Shown here in pieces: positions 48,557-58,056 of a DNA stretch of 64,000 bases. The notes beneath the pieces were generated by a model. That model worked only from the letters and a program-made list of their open reading frames with translations, did not search any database and was not told the DNA's origin. Location of the stretch: NCBI GenBank assembly GCA_963792585.1, contig CAWBWI010000006.1, positions 672,001-736,000 on the forward strand. Direction: 5' to 3'. The DNA is from Candidatus Eiseniibacteriota bacterium (GTDB taxonomy: Bacteria; Eisenbacteria; RBG-16-71-46; CAIMUX01; VGJL01). Position 1 is the stretch's first letter. Every line of letters starts with the position of its first letter. The translations under genes were made by a program, and so were the position numbers.

Positions 48557-49483
48557 ATGAAGCGGATCATGCTGGCCGCGATACTCGCGATGTTCTGCGC
48601 GCAGGCCGATGCCGGTGTCGTCTACCAGCAGCCACCGCGCGCGAGCGGCGGGTTCTATCACTCCTCCTGGTTGGACCCCGACGGCAGCAACTACGACGAG
48701 TACGTGTGGGACAAGTTCGTGCTCGCGTCCACGGCGGACGTCGACACGATCGAATGGCGTGGCGCCTACGATCCCGCCTACTTCGGCGCGGGCGGACCGG
48801 TAGTCGATTTCTGGGTCGGGATCTACGCTTCCATTCCGGGAGGATCGGAACCCGATGTCGCGCATCCTCCTCTGGTCGAATACCAAGTCGGCGGCAATGC
48901 AGGCGAGACGTACGCGGGCGTCTTCGGAGGCGCAACGATGTATGACTACAGCTTCGCACTGCCGGTCGCATTCCATGCGCAGGCGGCCGTTCCGTACTGG
49001 GTGCACATCGAGGGATGGCAATGGGGGACATACCCGGACTGGAGCGTCGCGGCCGGCACGGGCGGCGACGGCTCCCACTTCCGCTGCCGACACGTAACAA
49101 ACAACCCAATTGCCGACGTACCCACCGGCTGCTATTTCAGCACGATCTCCGGTGATGCCGCCTTCACGCTGCTCACCACGGCCGTCGCCGGCGCGGAAGA
49201 CGCGCCCGGCACGGCCGACTTTACTCTGCGCGGCCAGTTGCCGAACCCGTCGCGCGGCGACCGGCTGGACGTCCTCTTCAACCTGCCGGACGCGGCACCG
49301 GCCGAGCTCGCGCTCTTCGACGTGGGTGGACGGCGCGTGGCATTCGAGCAGGTAGGCGCTTTGGGTGTGGGGCCGCACATCGTGGACCTCGCCGCGCAGG
49401 GGCCGATCGAACCCGGGCTCTACTTCGCCCGGCTCTCGCACGGCGGTCGATCGCAACGAGTCAAGGTGATCGTCACGCGCTGA
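48557..49483 (+). CDS. Secreted protein with beta-sandwich-like passenger domain and T9SS-like CTD
   Basis: AAGGAGG RBS, signal peptide, C-terminal PNPSRG...FDVGGRRV...GLYFARL...KVIVTR. Confidence 0.8.
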   Translation: MKRIMLAAILAMFCAQADAGVVYQQPPRASGGFYHSSWLDPDGSNYDEYVWDKFVLASTADVDTIEWRGAYDPAYFGAGGPVVDFWVGIYASIPGGSEPDVAHPPLVEYQVGGNAGETYAGVFGGATMYDYSFALPVAFHAQAAVPYWVHIEGWQWGTYPDWSVAAGTGGDGSHFRCRHVTNNPIADVPTGCYFSTISGDAAFTLLTTAVAGAEDAPGTADFTLRGQLPNPSRGDRLDVLFNLPDAAPAELALFDVGGRRVAFEQVGALGVGPHIVDLAAQGPIEPGLYFARLSHGGRSQRVKVIVTR

Positions 49484-49509
49484 CGCAGCGCACGGGGGAA
49501 TCCGCCAGG

Positions 49510-51747
49510 TCAGTTCGCGCGACGACGCAACGTGAGTCCGTAGATCCGGAGGGGAACGCCGGGGTCGGCATCGACCGCAACCGAGAGACTCTCGCATCGG
49601 CTCAGGCGAAACGGAAGGGCAAGGGACGCGAAGTCGGAATGCCGGCCGGCGGGCACGAAGGTTGCCGCGGTGTACTGGATCCCGTCTGCGGCGACCCAGG
49701 CGCGGACCGTATCCGATTCGCGTGAGACGACCAGAATCGCTTCGTATTCGCCGCTGCCGTACCGCTCCTTGAGAACTTCCTCGGGCACCGACCAGGAGAT
49801 GCGGGCAGGCTCCTTGCCGCCGGCGCTCCAGCAACCGCCGGAGAACGACCGGGCGTCGATCTCCACCCGGAACCCGAGACACTCGCTCGGCGGGGCGCCA
49901 CACGGATCGAAGTAGTCACGGAACGGCCATGGAACATCGTTTCGTGCGAAGATGCCGTAGCAGTATCCCTGACCTTTCCTGTAGAGATCCTGCGCCTTGT
50001 ACTCATCGGAGCCGAGAAACAGGATCGGAGGCTTTCCGGCCTTCAGAGGCACCGGGAGAACGGAGACGAGGCGGTAGTTCGAGACGAACTCCTCGTGATG
50101 CGAGAGATCGAAGAGCCACGTGCTCTCCCCGCGCTCATTGTCCAGCCACTCGGCGATGAGATCGGGGTGCTGTGAGAGCACGTATCCGACATCCTTCTTC
50201 TCGTGCCCGGGATAGCCTTTGCCGAATCCGGGACTTGGCGTCCGTGCGATGTGGGCGTTGTTCAATCCCAACGCGTCGACCGATCGCAGATCGGAGAAGC
50301 ACGGAATCGCTCCGCACGCGCTCGTCGCGAGAACAGTTCCGTCCGGTGCGTTCGCGTTCAGCCATCTACCAAGCAGAGTCCACGAGGCGACGCGAGAATC
50401 CCGGTACCCCTCGGTGTCCAGGAATTCCCTCCGGATCCCGTACTGACGATAGACGGCGCCCGCGATGACGAGGCACACGACGGCGGCCACCGCGATCGTG
50501 CGAATCCGGGCGGCGGAGAGCCCCCCCGATCCGGCGAGGCGGCCTGCGGCATCCGCCGCGATGATCCACGGGATCACCGCGACGAGAAGCAGGAGCCGTT
50601 CTCCCATGAAGTCGCCGCCGATTCCGATGTAGTAGAGGCTGATCGTCAAGAAGAGCGAGATGAGATAGACCGAAGGCCACACCGGACCGATCTCCCGCCG
50701 TCGCGCGATCCGGAAAGCGATGCACGCAGCGGCGACAGGAAGCGCGACATGCATCCCAAGCAGCGAGTAGGCGCGCCGCAGATAGGTGATTCCCCGAGGG
50801 ATGGCCTGCCACGGAGGCCCTGTCTTCACGAGGAACGTGTTCGGCACGAGAGCATGGTAGAAGGCAAGTCGCCACGCGAGGTGGGGAAGGATCACGAGCG
50901 CTGCGCCTGCGAGGAGCGTGCCTGCGCACCGCCCGCGCAGGCCTGCGCGGTGCTGGATCGCGAGATAGGCCGCGGAAAGGGCGATGAAGGCGAAACCCTC
51001 CGGTCGGACGAGGGTCGCGATACCCCACAAGATCCCTGTGGCGAAGGCCCCCCTTGCGCCATTCGAGGCGACGATCGTCCTGCGGGCCCCCCACAGGAAG
51101 ATCCAGATGGCGAGCGGCATCTCCAGACCCGACAAGGCCCACCGGTAGTACGGGTGCTGAATCGAGACAAGGAGCACGGCGAGGGCGGCGATCGCGTCGC
51201 GCCGCCCTTTGGGCAGATCGGAACCCACGACCCGCGTGAGGCGGAAGACCTCGAGCAGCGCCAGGGCGAGAAAGAGGAGGCCGAGCAGGTGAACGGTCGG
51301 AACGACATCGAGTCCCGTTCGGGTGATGCCGGCCAGGAGCAGCATCCAGAGAACGCTCGTGTACCCCTCGACATGTTCACCGGGATTCCAGACCGGACCA
51401 TGACCGGCGACGAGGTTTCTGGCGTAGCGGAGGGTGATGTAGGCATCATCCTCTTGAAAATCGAGGGAGAGCGCGTGGAGCAACGTGAATCCCTGGAACG
51501 CGAAGACGACCACCGCCAGGAGGATCAGAAACCCCGTGAGCGCCGAACCCGGAGACGGACGGACCTGCACCGTCAACCGCGAGTCCCCAACCGCTGTCCG
51601 CCTGCGCCTTCCATCTGCTCCGTCCGCATGCACGCCCCTGATGGCCCACCCCGCCGTCGCGCTCTGGTTGCGCCGTAAACTATTGTACCCCGGCGGCATG
51701 GAGGAAACCAAGCATCGTTCCCAACGCCCCCGGGAAGACGCATTCAA
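49510..51747 (-). CDS. GT-C-type multi-TM glycosyltransferase (AftB/ArnT-like)
   Basis: EDDAYITLRYARNL..G.GPVWNPGEHVEGYTS, SGLE, RPEG, PNTF..K, GGDFM. The true start is likely about 51570. Confidence 0.8.
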   Translation of the reverse strand: MNASSRGRWERCLVSSMPPGYNSLRRNQSATAGWAIRGVHADGADGRRRRTAVGDSRLTVQVRPSPGSALTGFLILLAVVVFAFQGFTLLHALSLDFQEDDAYITLRYARNLVAGHGPVWNPGEHVEGYTSVLWMLLLAGITRTGLDVVPTVHLLGLLFLALALLEVFRLTRVVGSDLPKGRRDAIAALAVLLVSIQHPYYRWALSGLEMPLAIWIFLWGARRTIVASNGARGAFATGILWGIATLVRPEGFAFIALSAAYLAIQHRAGLRGRCAGTLLAGAALVILPHLAWRLAFYHALVPNTFLVKTGPPWQAIPRGITYLRRAYSLLGMHVALPVAAACIAFRIARRREIGPVWPSVYLISLFLTISLYYIGIGGDFMGERLLLLVAVIPWIIAADAAGRLAGSGGLSAARIRTIAVAAVVCLVIAGAVYRQYGIRREFLDTEGYRDSRVASWTLLGRWLNANAPDGTVLATSACGAIPCFSDLRSVDALGLNNAHIARTPSPGFGKGYPGHEKKDVGYVLSQHPDLIAEWLDNERGESTWLFDLSHHEEFVSNYRLVSVLPVPLKAGKPPILFLGSDEYKAQDLYRKGQGYCYGIFARNDVPWPFRDYFDPCGAPPSECLGFRVEIDARSFSGGCWSAGGKEPARISWSVPEEVLKERYGSGEYEAILVVSRESDTVRAWVAADGIQYTAATFVPAGRHSDFASLALPFRLSRCESLSVAVDADPGVPLRIYGLTLRRRAN

Positions 51748-53474
51748 CGGCCGGGAGCGGGCGTAGGTCTAATGCCGGTCGCTCCGGATAGATACTGCTC
51801 AAGCGAGCCTGCAGCCGCTGGATCGGCCGCAATGTCGCGACGCAGCACGACGATTCCATCCTCGAAGAAGAGAGGGGCATACTTCGCATCCCGTAGGAGG
51901 TCCGTCACGACCCGAGCGACTTCTTGCTCCGATTCCAGATGCCGCCTGTCGAGAAGGTCGAGGATGGCCCACTCGGCGAGAGGATTGGCACGGCGGGTAT
52001 GGAAGACCCACAGTCTTTCGCGCGCGGAAAAGTGGGGAGCGAGATCGTTCGAGGCCAGCAGACTCGCGTCAGGCGGGATCATCCGCCGCGCTCGAGCGAA
52101 AGCCGCCCGGTTCGGGCGAGGGGTTATCCCATCCACGATCGTGTAGGGCCGTCCAACTCGTTTCAGCGCTGCCGGGTCCGCGAAGTTCGCCGCCGTCAGA
52201 CTGAAGAGCAACAGGGTCAGTAGGACCGCCCGGGAGCGCCCGGCGGCAAGAAGCCGGCGGTGGCCGGATATTGCAGCCCAGAAGAAGATAGGAAGGATCG
52301 GGGCATTGTACTGGAAGTAGATCGAGTTCTGACTGATCGCCGCCGAGGCGAAGGACAGCGCAAGATTCGGCAACGCGATCACGAGCCGGCCCGGCTCCAG
52401 CAGCGGGAACCCGGCGAAGGGCCAGAGGAGTTGGATCGGGAAGACGAGGCGGCGCACTCGGTGATAGTGCGTCGCGAAGAGATGCCATGGCTTTGTCACG
52501 AGGGTCTTCAGGATCTCGCCCGGCGAGTCGCCGAGCCAGGCATATCGGGCAAGGGTGTCGGAAGTCGCGCCGCCCCGAAAATGAGGGATCACGACGTACA
52601 GCGCCGTGACGGCCCAGACCACGCCGGCGGCCGTCCACGCGATTCCGAATCGCCTCTGGCGCCGGGCGATCATGCACCAGATTCCAATCCCGGCGACAGC
52701 AAGCCCGACCTCCTCGCGGGTGCCGAGAGCGAGCAGGAGCCAGACCCCTGCGCTCTTCAGCCGCCCCTCCTCGATCGCGTCGATCGCGGCAAGAAGGATC
52801 GGCAGGGCCAGAACCAGATCGTGGAAGTCGTACTTGTTCATGAACCCGATCGCGGGGGTGAGCAGATAAACGCCGGCCCAGAGCAGACCCTCAAGAGGAC
52901 GGCCCAGGCGGCGCGAAGCGAGCCGGTACACGGGCCAGGCGCCGAGCGCCAGCACCACGCTCTGCGCGATCAGCAGGACGCGGACGTCATCCCAGATCCA
53001 GAGGAAGGGGACGAAGACCGGCAGCGTCAGGGCGACGTGATCTCCAAGGTAGTTCGTCACCTCGATCGAGGAACCGAATCCCCGGCCGTGCGCAAGATTC
53101 CAGAGAACCTGATGCTGGATCGCCAGATCGAACCCGCTGGAATTCAGCCCCATATGGCGGAGGATCGAAAGGCAACTCCAGACGACGGCATAGCCCAGCA
53201 TTCCGGCCACGAGAACCCGGCGCGGGCCCAGGCGCTCGATTGTCTTCTCGAGCCGCGCCATGCATCGATCGGCGCCTGCGCGCAGCGCTTCGACGGCCGG
53301 GTGTCCCGCGGGCGCCAGGAATGCGCACAGGAGAATCGCGAAATAGGCGGCCAGCTGGATCAGGACCAGGACGAGGTCCGAGCCCCTCGCGACGGGGATT
53401 GCGGCGATCGAAGTGATGAGACCCAGTGCGGCTATGATTCGCAACCACGGGAAGGGATGCGAAGGCAGCTTCAT
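51744..53474 (-). CDS. DUF2079 membrane protein (GT-C-like)
   Basis: FDLAIQHQ..WN...GDH, DFH, REE, FQYNA; ATGA overlap with the GT2 stop. Confidence 0.85.
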   Translation of the reverse strand: MKLPSHPFPWLRIIAALGLITSIAAIPVARGSDLVLVLIQLAAYFAILLCAFLAPAGHPAVEALRAGADRCMARLEKTIERLGPRRVLVAGMLGYAVVWSCLSILRHMGLNSSGFDLAIQHQVLWNLAHGRGFGSSIEVTNYLGDHVALTLPVFVPFLWIWDDVRVLLIAQSVVLALGAWPVYRLASRRLGRPLEGLLWAGVYLLTPAIGFMNKYDFHDLVLALPILLAAIDAIEEGRLKSAGVWLLLALGTREEVGLAVAGIGIWCMIARRQRRFGIAWTAAGVVWAVTALYVVIPHFRGGATSDTLARYAWLGDSPGEILKTLVTKPWHLFATHYHRVRRLVFPIQLLWPFAGFPLLEPGRLVIALPNLALSFASAAISQNSIYFQYNAPILPIFFWAAISGHRRLLAAGRSRAVLLTLLLFSLTAANFADPAALKRVGRPYTIVDGITPRPNRAAFARARRMIPPDASLLASNDLAPHFSARERLWVFHTRRANPLAEWAILDLLDRRHLESEQEVARVVTDLLRDAKYAPLFFEDGIVVLRRDIAADPAAAGSLEQYLSGATGIRPTPAPGR

Positions 53475-54226
53475 GTCGCGGGCTTCCGCAGCTCTCTCCA
53501 GAGGTGACCCAACTCGCGAAACGCGCGGAGGATCACGGAGAGCTTCGCCCCGGTCTGCGATCCCGCCATGCGCGGGTAGTGGTGGACACCGATCTCCGCG
53601 ATGCGGGCGCCCCGCCTGCGCGCCCGGGTCAGGATCTCGACATCGATCATCGCCCCATTGCTCGTCAGATCCATCCGCTCGAAGATCGAGGCGTTGTAGA
53701 GCTTGAATGCGCAATCGACGTCGCGCAGCCACAGCCCGAAGAGAATCCCGACCGCTAAGGCGAAGATCGATGCGTTGAGCTTGCGGTTCCACGGGTCCCG
53801 CCTGTCGATTCGGAATCCCGTCACGACCTCGTGGTCGCCCCGCAGGGGCAGGAGCTTCTCGATCTCACTGAGATCGAACTGGTTGTCACCGTCCGTGTAG
53901 AAGATCCACTCGTAGCGGGCGGCGCGGATACCGCTGCGCAGGGCCGCTCCGTACCCCTGGTTTACGGGGTGATGGATGACGCGGATTCTTGGATCGCCCT
54001 TCGCGAGCCGATCGGCCATGGCTCCGGTGGCGTCCTTCGACCCATCGTTGACCAGGATCACCTCGTACTCGTCGGCGAATCGGGGCAGGATCTCCAGAGC
54101 CCGGCGGGCGGCCTCCTCGATGTTCCCTTCCTCGTTGAACATCGGGTAGAAGAGCGAAAGCCTGCCGATCCGCTCCGGCAATCCCGCGGTCGAAGGACGT
54201 TCGTGCGACGGCTCTGGTCTCTTCAT
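53471..54226 (-). CDS. GT2 glycosyltransferase (polyprenyl-phosphate sugar synthase/DPM1-like)
   Basis: PMFNEE, VNDGSKD, NQGYGAAL, TDGD.Q, DVDCAFKL. Confidence 0.92.
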   Translation of the reverse strand: MKRPEPSHERPSTAGLPERIGRLSLFYPMFNEEGNIEEAARRALEILPRFADEYEVILVNDGSKDATGAMADRLAKGDPRIRVIHHPVNQGYGAALRSGIRAARYEWIFYTDGDNQFDLSEIEKLLPLRGDHEVVTGFRIDRRDPWNRKLNASIFALAVGILFGLWLRDVDCAFKLYNASIFERMDLTSNGAMIDVEILTRARRRGARIAEIGVHHYPRMAGSQTGAKLSVILRAFRELGHLWRELRKPAT

Positions 54227-54480
54227 GGCTCGATCGGAGTCTTCCCCATCTCTGCTTGTCCGGTGTGGGACACACGATCCGCAGCCGTCTGGCCCGACCT
54301 CAAGTGTCGCGGTTCAAGCATAACATAGGCGGGAGGTTACGGGGATTGAGGCGGGGGCGGGGGCGAACGAAGACCACGGAGGTCAATGTCGGACCTCCGG
54401 GGCTCCTCGTTGTGCGGGCGATTGCGGGGGCTCCAGTAAACGCACCGGCAGCCGGTACGTCGGAGGCCCCCCCGATGAGA

Positions 54481-54630
54481 TCAACGAATCATGGTCAACC
54501 GAATCGCCTTGGTGTCGGCCGGAGATGCCAACCTCAGATAGTAGGCGCCGATCGGCAGCTTGTGGCCGAAGTCATCGTGGCCGTTCCACTCCACCGCGCC
54601 AGCCGCGAGCTGCACCGAGCAGAAGTCGAC
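54481..54630 (-). pseudogene. Orphan remnant of a FlgD-Ig/T9SS-like C-terminal domain
   Basis: Manual translation: VQLAAGAVEWNGHDDFGHKLPIGAYYLRLASPADTKAIRLTMIR*. An in-frame stop bounds it upstream at 54631-54633. Confidence 0.65.
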
Positions 54631-54643
54631 TCAGGGCCGAAAT

Positions 54644-54772
54644 CTACTTGAAGATGCCGAAGTGCCCCAGGAGCCACCACAGTATTAGGAACACCACAAT
54701 CGTGGACAGGCATCCCCCACCCAGCTTCTTGGCGCCCCAACCGGCCGCGAGTCCTCGCAGAAGCTTGCTCAT
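54644..54772 (-). CDS. 42-aa small membrane protein
   Basis: GGAGGAG RBS; MSKLLRGLAAGWGAKKLGGGCLSTIVVFLILWWLLGHFGIFK. Confidence 0.7.
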   Translation of the reverse strand: MSKLLRGLAAGWGAKKLGGGCLSTIVVFLILWWLLGHFGIFK

Positions 54773-54824
54773 GTCTCCTCCAGTTTCAATGCGACACCAC
54801 TTCGAGTCGAATGGGTGGGCGACG

Positions 54825-55229
54825 TCATCGCACGAGCAACAGGACAAGGTTCAGCATGACAAGAATGCCGAGGACAACCACGGCGCCGGCCAGCCAAAGC
54901 AGGTGAATCCGATTGGCCTGAATGCGCTGAATGAGCTGTGTGTTCTGCTCGGCGAGCGCTTTGATGAGTTCGGAAGAGGCGAGCATCTGATTGTGCAGAT
55001 CCACCGTCTCGAGTTCCAGTGCGGCGACCTGACTCTGCAGTGTTGCGATGACCTGGTCCTTCGGCGAGAGAGTTGGTTGCGCAGTTGGAGGGATCGCTCT
55101 CGGCGAGGGCGGTTTCTTGGTGACGATGACGTTCCATAGCTTCTTCGCGCCATCGGCGACCTTGGGCGCGTTCTTCATGACCTCCGTCCAGGGAACACTC
55201 TGAAGGACCACAAGCCAACCGATGGGCAT
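54825..55229 (-). CDS. Hypothetical coiled-coil protein with C-terminal TM
   Basis: MPIGWLVVLQSVPWTEV.KNAPKVADGAKKLW, heptad region, hydrophobic tail. Confidence 0.7.
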   Translation of the reverse strand: MPIGWLVVLQSVPWTEVMKNAPKVADGAKKLWNVIVTKKPPSPRAIPPTAQPTLSPKDQVIATLQSQVAALELETVDLHNQMLASSELIKALAEQNTQLIQRIQANRIHLLWLAGAVVVLGILVMLNLVLLLVR

Positions 55230-55602
55230 GGAGAAACCTCTCTCGAGAATTGGGTCGCCTGGCGCCGCCGTTGGGCGGGCGGGATCAGCTACGACCGTGA
55301 ACCTTCTCCAGCGGGCGTTCAATCATATGATTGCAGAGGCCCGGACATTTCGACCGTGGTGGCAGTGCCAGGCATTCGCTCCAGGGCTCTGCAGGGGTGC
55401 CATTCACCCGGCAGGAGTTCTGAGAGAGGCATTTGCTGCTCCCACGGAACCCATGCGGGATGCAATGATAGCAGTCGTGATGGCTCCGGACGGGGGCGCG
55501 TCCAGCCCGGACCTCAGCTTGGCAGGGCAGCGGTGGACGGCGGCCATGGGGGCGACAGGACGTCAAGTCTCCCCTGCATCGGGAGAGAGGGCGAGGGACT
55601 CC

Positions 55603-56739
55603 ATGACAACGGAGCGATTCTACGCGACGCTCGGCGTGGGCATCGAGCAGATCGTCAAGGCCGAGCTTGATGCGATCGGCATCCCGGTGGCCCGGATCGA
55701 ACCCGGCCGGGCGCGCTTCGAAGGAAGCCTCGAGGACATGTATCGGGCGCTCATTCATCTTCGGTGCTCGTCGCGGGTCGTTCGTGAGATCGCGTTCTGC
55801 GAGATCGCGCTCGAAGAGGACGTCTACAGCGTGATCCGCGGCATCGACTGGTCGCCGTGGCTCAACCCGGACATGACCTTCCGGGTGACGTTCAACGTTC
55901 ACTCCTCGCTCTTCCGCAATTCGCAATTCGGCGTCTACCGTATCAAGGATGCCATCTGCGACCAGATGGTAGAGCGCCTAGGCCGTCGACCTTCTGTTGA
56001 CACGGAGTCGCCCGATCTCTGCGTCATGTGTTATCTCGAGAATCGACGCCTCTCGGTAGGTTTGGACGGAGCCGGAGCGCCCCTGCATATGCGCGGGTAC
56101 CGCAGAGCTTCGCACGAGACCAGTTTGCGGGAACATCTCGCGGCCGCCATGGTGCTTCAATCGCGCTGGAATCCGACGGCTCCGCTGCATGACCCGTTTT
56201 GCGGTTCGGGCACGATTCTCACCGAAGCGGCGATGATCGCGACCCGCACCCCGCCGTCGCGCTGGCGCAAGCGATTCGCATGCATGTCGTGGCCGGATTT
56301 CGACCCCGCAAGGTTCGACGCGCTGCGCACGGAGGCCGAGGCGGCCGTCTTGCCGGCAGCTGGATTGCGTATCAGCGGCGCCGACTGCTCGGCGAAGTGG
56401 ATCGAGGCTGCCCGCGCGAACGTTGCAGCGGCGGGATTTGCGGATGCAATTCGGCTCGAGGTGCGCGATGTGGCGGAGATGAAGCTCGAGCCTGGGTCCT
56501 GGGTGGTGACCAATCCACCCTACGGCATACGCATCGGTGACGAGGAGACCTACATGCCGGCGTGGCAGTCCTTTCGGGAGCGCCTGCGGGAGTTCCCGGG
56601 GACGCGGGTCGCCGTTCTTGCCGCGGAGGAGGGGTTCGAGAAGGTCCTTCGACTCCGGCCCTTCAAGCGCAATCGCATGAACAACGGATCGATACTGTGC
56701 GTGCTGGCTCAGTATCTGATCCACGAAGAGAGGGCGTGA
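55603..56739 (+). CDS. THUMP-domain RNA methyltransferase (RlmL-like)
   Basis: LHMRGYR, LREHLAAAM, DPFCGSGT, VTNPPYG.R. Confidence 0.9.
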   Translation: MTTERFYATLGVGIEQIVKAELDAIGIPVARIEPGRARFEGSLEDMYRALIHLRCSSRVVREIAFCEIALEEDVYSVIRGIDWSPWLNPDMTFRVTFNVHSSLFRNSQFGVYRIKDAICDQMVERLGRRPSVDTESPDLCVMCYLENRRLSVGLDGAGAPLHMRGYRRASHETSLREHLAAAMVLQSRWNPTAPLHDPFCGSGTILTEAAMIATRTPPSRWRKRFACMSWPDFDPARFDALRTEAEAAVLPAAGLRISGADCSAKWIEAARANVAAAGFADAIRLEVRDVAEMKLEPGSWVVTNPPYGIRIGDEETYMPAWQSFRERLREFPGTRVAVLAAEEGFEKVLRLRPFKRNRMNNGSILCVLAQYLIHEERA

Positions 56740-56782
56740 TTCCTCCCATCGCAGATTAGGCATTGACGGCATGAAAGAGAAT

Positions 56783-56860
56783 GAAGCGCTACCGCCGTCA
56801 CGGCGGGAGCGCCTCATCGCCACCAAACTCATTTGCGCCACCAGAAGCCCGCAGCGCCAC
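56783..56860 (-). terminator. Conserved 3' structured element, copy 1
   Basis: GCGCT(A)CCGCC-N5-GGCGGGAGCGC hairpin plus conserved CATCGCCACCAAACTCATTTGCGCCACC segment downstream of paralog 1. Confidence 0.55.
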
Positions 56861-56884
56861 TGCAGGCCTCCACGGCGACCACCG

Positions 56885-57736
56885 CTATCGATAGTCGCCC
56901 TTGACTCTTCCCCAGGTAGTGCTCTTCGTCGGGCTGGGTACGCACGGGTTCGGATCGCATGGCACGTCGTTGCCCTGGTAGTGGCCGCCGTACATGTTGC
57001 AGTCACTCCAGAGTAGGCTCGCGCATTGCCCGTCCTCGAAGCAGCACGCTCCGGGTCCCCAATCTATCTCACCAATGTTGTCGAATTCCTGACTTGCATC
57101 GAACGAGAAACCAAACACATCGATCACCGGCGTCCAGTCGGGATAGGAGAAGTAGGCACTCTTGAACGCAGTATCGCATCCGATAACACTGGCGGAAGCC
57201 ACCCGACCGCATTGGGGCGGGAATGAATGGTCGGCAACCTGCGCGCTGAACCAGTACAGCGTGTTCGCGCTGACCTGAAAACTCACCGGAGCTTGGTACT
57301 GGAAGATCGGGTAGAAGCCGCCTTGGCAGTAGACGTTCGTCTCGTTCGCGAAGGCACCGGGGTACTCGGCGAGCACCGTCAGAGGCACGCAGCCGCCGTC
57401 GTCGTAGAACCGAAGGTTCCAGTGCGTGGCAACGCCAATGTCGCCGCAGCCGTTGTTGTTCCAGTAACCGCCCCACCAGCGGGCGGTGCTGATGGTGCTA
57501 TTCGTGGTGAAGTAGAAATCGTTGGCGATCTCCGTCTCGAGGGCATACTGCCCGATGACCTCAGACGAAGCGATCAGTCCCTCGAAGTCGGGCGGCTCGC
57601 TCCAGAGCGGGTCTCGATCGGAGTCGGGGACGTTCGTGCCACCGCCACCGCCCCCGCTCATGGTGGGGTTGACAGCGAGCCCGCCGCCCGAGGCGACGGC
57701 ACTCAGCGCAAGGACAAGGGCGACCTTCCTCATCAT
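56885..57736 (-). CDS. Secreted Cys-rich paralog 1 (ends TTWGRVKGDYR)
   Basis: AAGGAGG RBS, signal peptide, poly-Gly linker, GACC...C...CDPNPC module. Confidence 0.9.
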   Translation of the reverse strand: MMRKVALVLALSAVASGGGLAVNPTMSGGGGGGTNVPDSDRDPLWSEPPDFEGLIASSEVIGQYALETEIANDFYFTTNSTISTARWWGGYWNNNGCGDIGVATHWNLRFYDDGGCVPLTVLAEYPGAFANETNVYCQGGFYPIFQYQAPVSFQVSANTLYWFSAQVADHSFPPQCGRVASASVIGCDTAFKSAYFSYPDWTPVIDVFGFSFDASQEFDNIGEIDWGPGACCFEDGQCASLLWSDCNMYGGHYQGNDVPCDPNPCVPSPTKSTTWGRVKGDYR

Positions 57737-57883
57737 GAGGACTCCCTCCTTTCGCGTGTCGCAGAACTCACGTACGAACTGGGCCGGGACCGGGCTGGCA
57801 GTCGCCAGCGCGGCCGGTCTCCCTCAATTGCTGGACCGACAGATCCTCCCGGCACATAGCTCAGGTGGGATTTGCCACGAACA

Positions 57884-57912
57884 AGTATCCGCGCTTCGGG
57901 ACGGGAAGTCCA
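57884..57912 (-). promoter_or_regulatory. Putative promoter TGGACT-N17-GATACT of paralog 1
   Basis: Boxes conserved in all four units while the spacer varies. Confidence 0.55.
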
Positions 57913-57928
57913 ACGGGGATTCGAGGGA

Positions 57929-58017
57929 GAAGCGCTCCCGCCACCACGGCGGGAGCGCCTCATCGCCACCAAACTCATTTGCGCCACCGGAAGCCGCCGC
58001 GCCACGGCGAGCTTCCC
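57929..58017 (-). terminator. Conserved 3' structured element, copy 2
   Basis: Perfect 11-bp hairpin GCGCTCCCGCC/GGCGGGAGCGC plus a second GGAAGC..GCTTCC hairpin. Confidence 0.6.
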
Positions 58018-58056
58018 AAGTACTCAGCGTGACACTGCTCGTCGATCAGGACATGG

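Noticed and set aside
21872..50000. Many long overlapping ORFs (e.g. 21872-23854, 27383-29035, 41417-43090, 46986-48485, 48230-49903)
   Set aside because: Arg/Pro/Gly-rich alternative-frame or antisense shadows of well-supported genes, as expected in high-GC DNA.
57840..57885. c-di-GMP-I riboswitch or sigma54 promoter suggested by TGGCAAA in the paralog leaders
   Set aside because: There is no GAAA tetraloop or receptor, GG-N10-GC spacing is not met, and the motif is TGGCGAA in copies 3 and 4.
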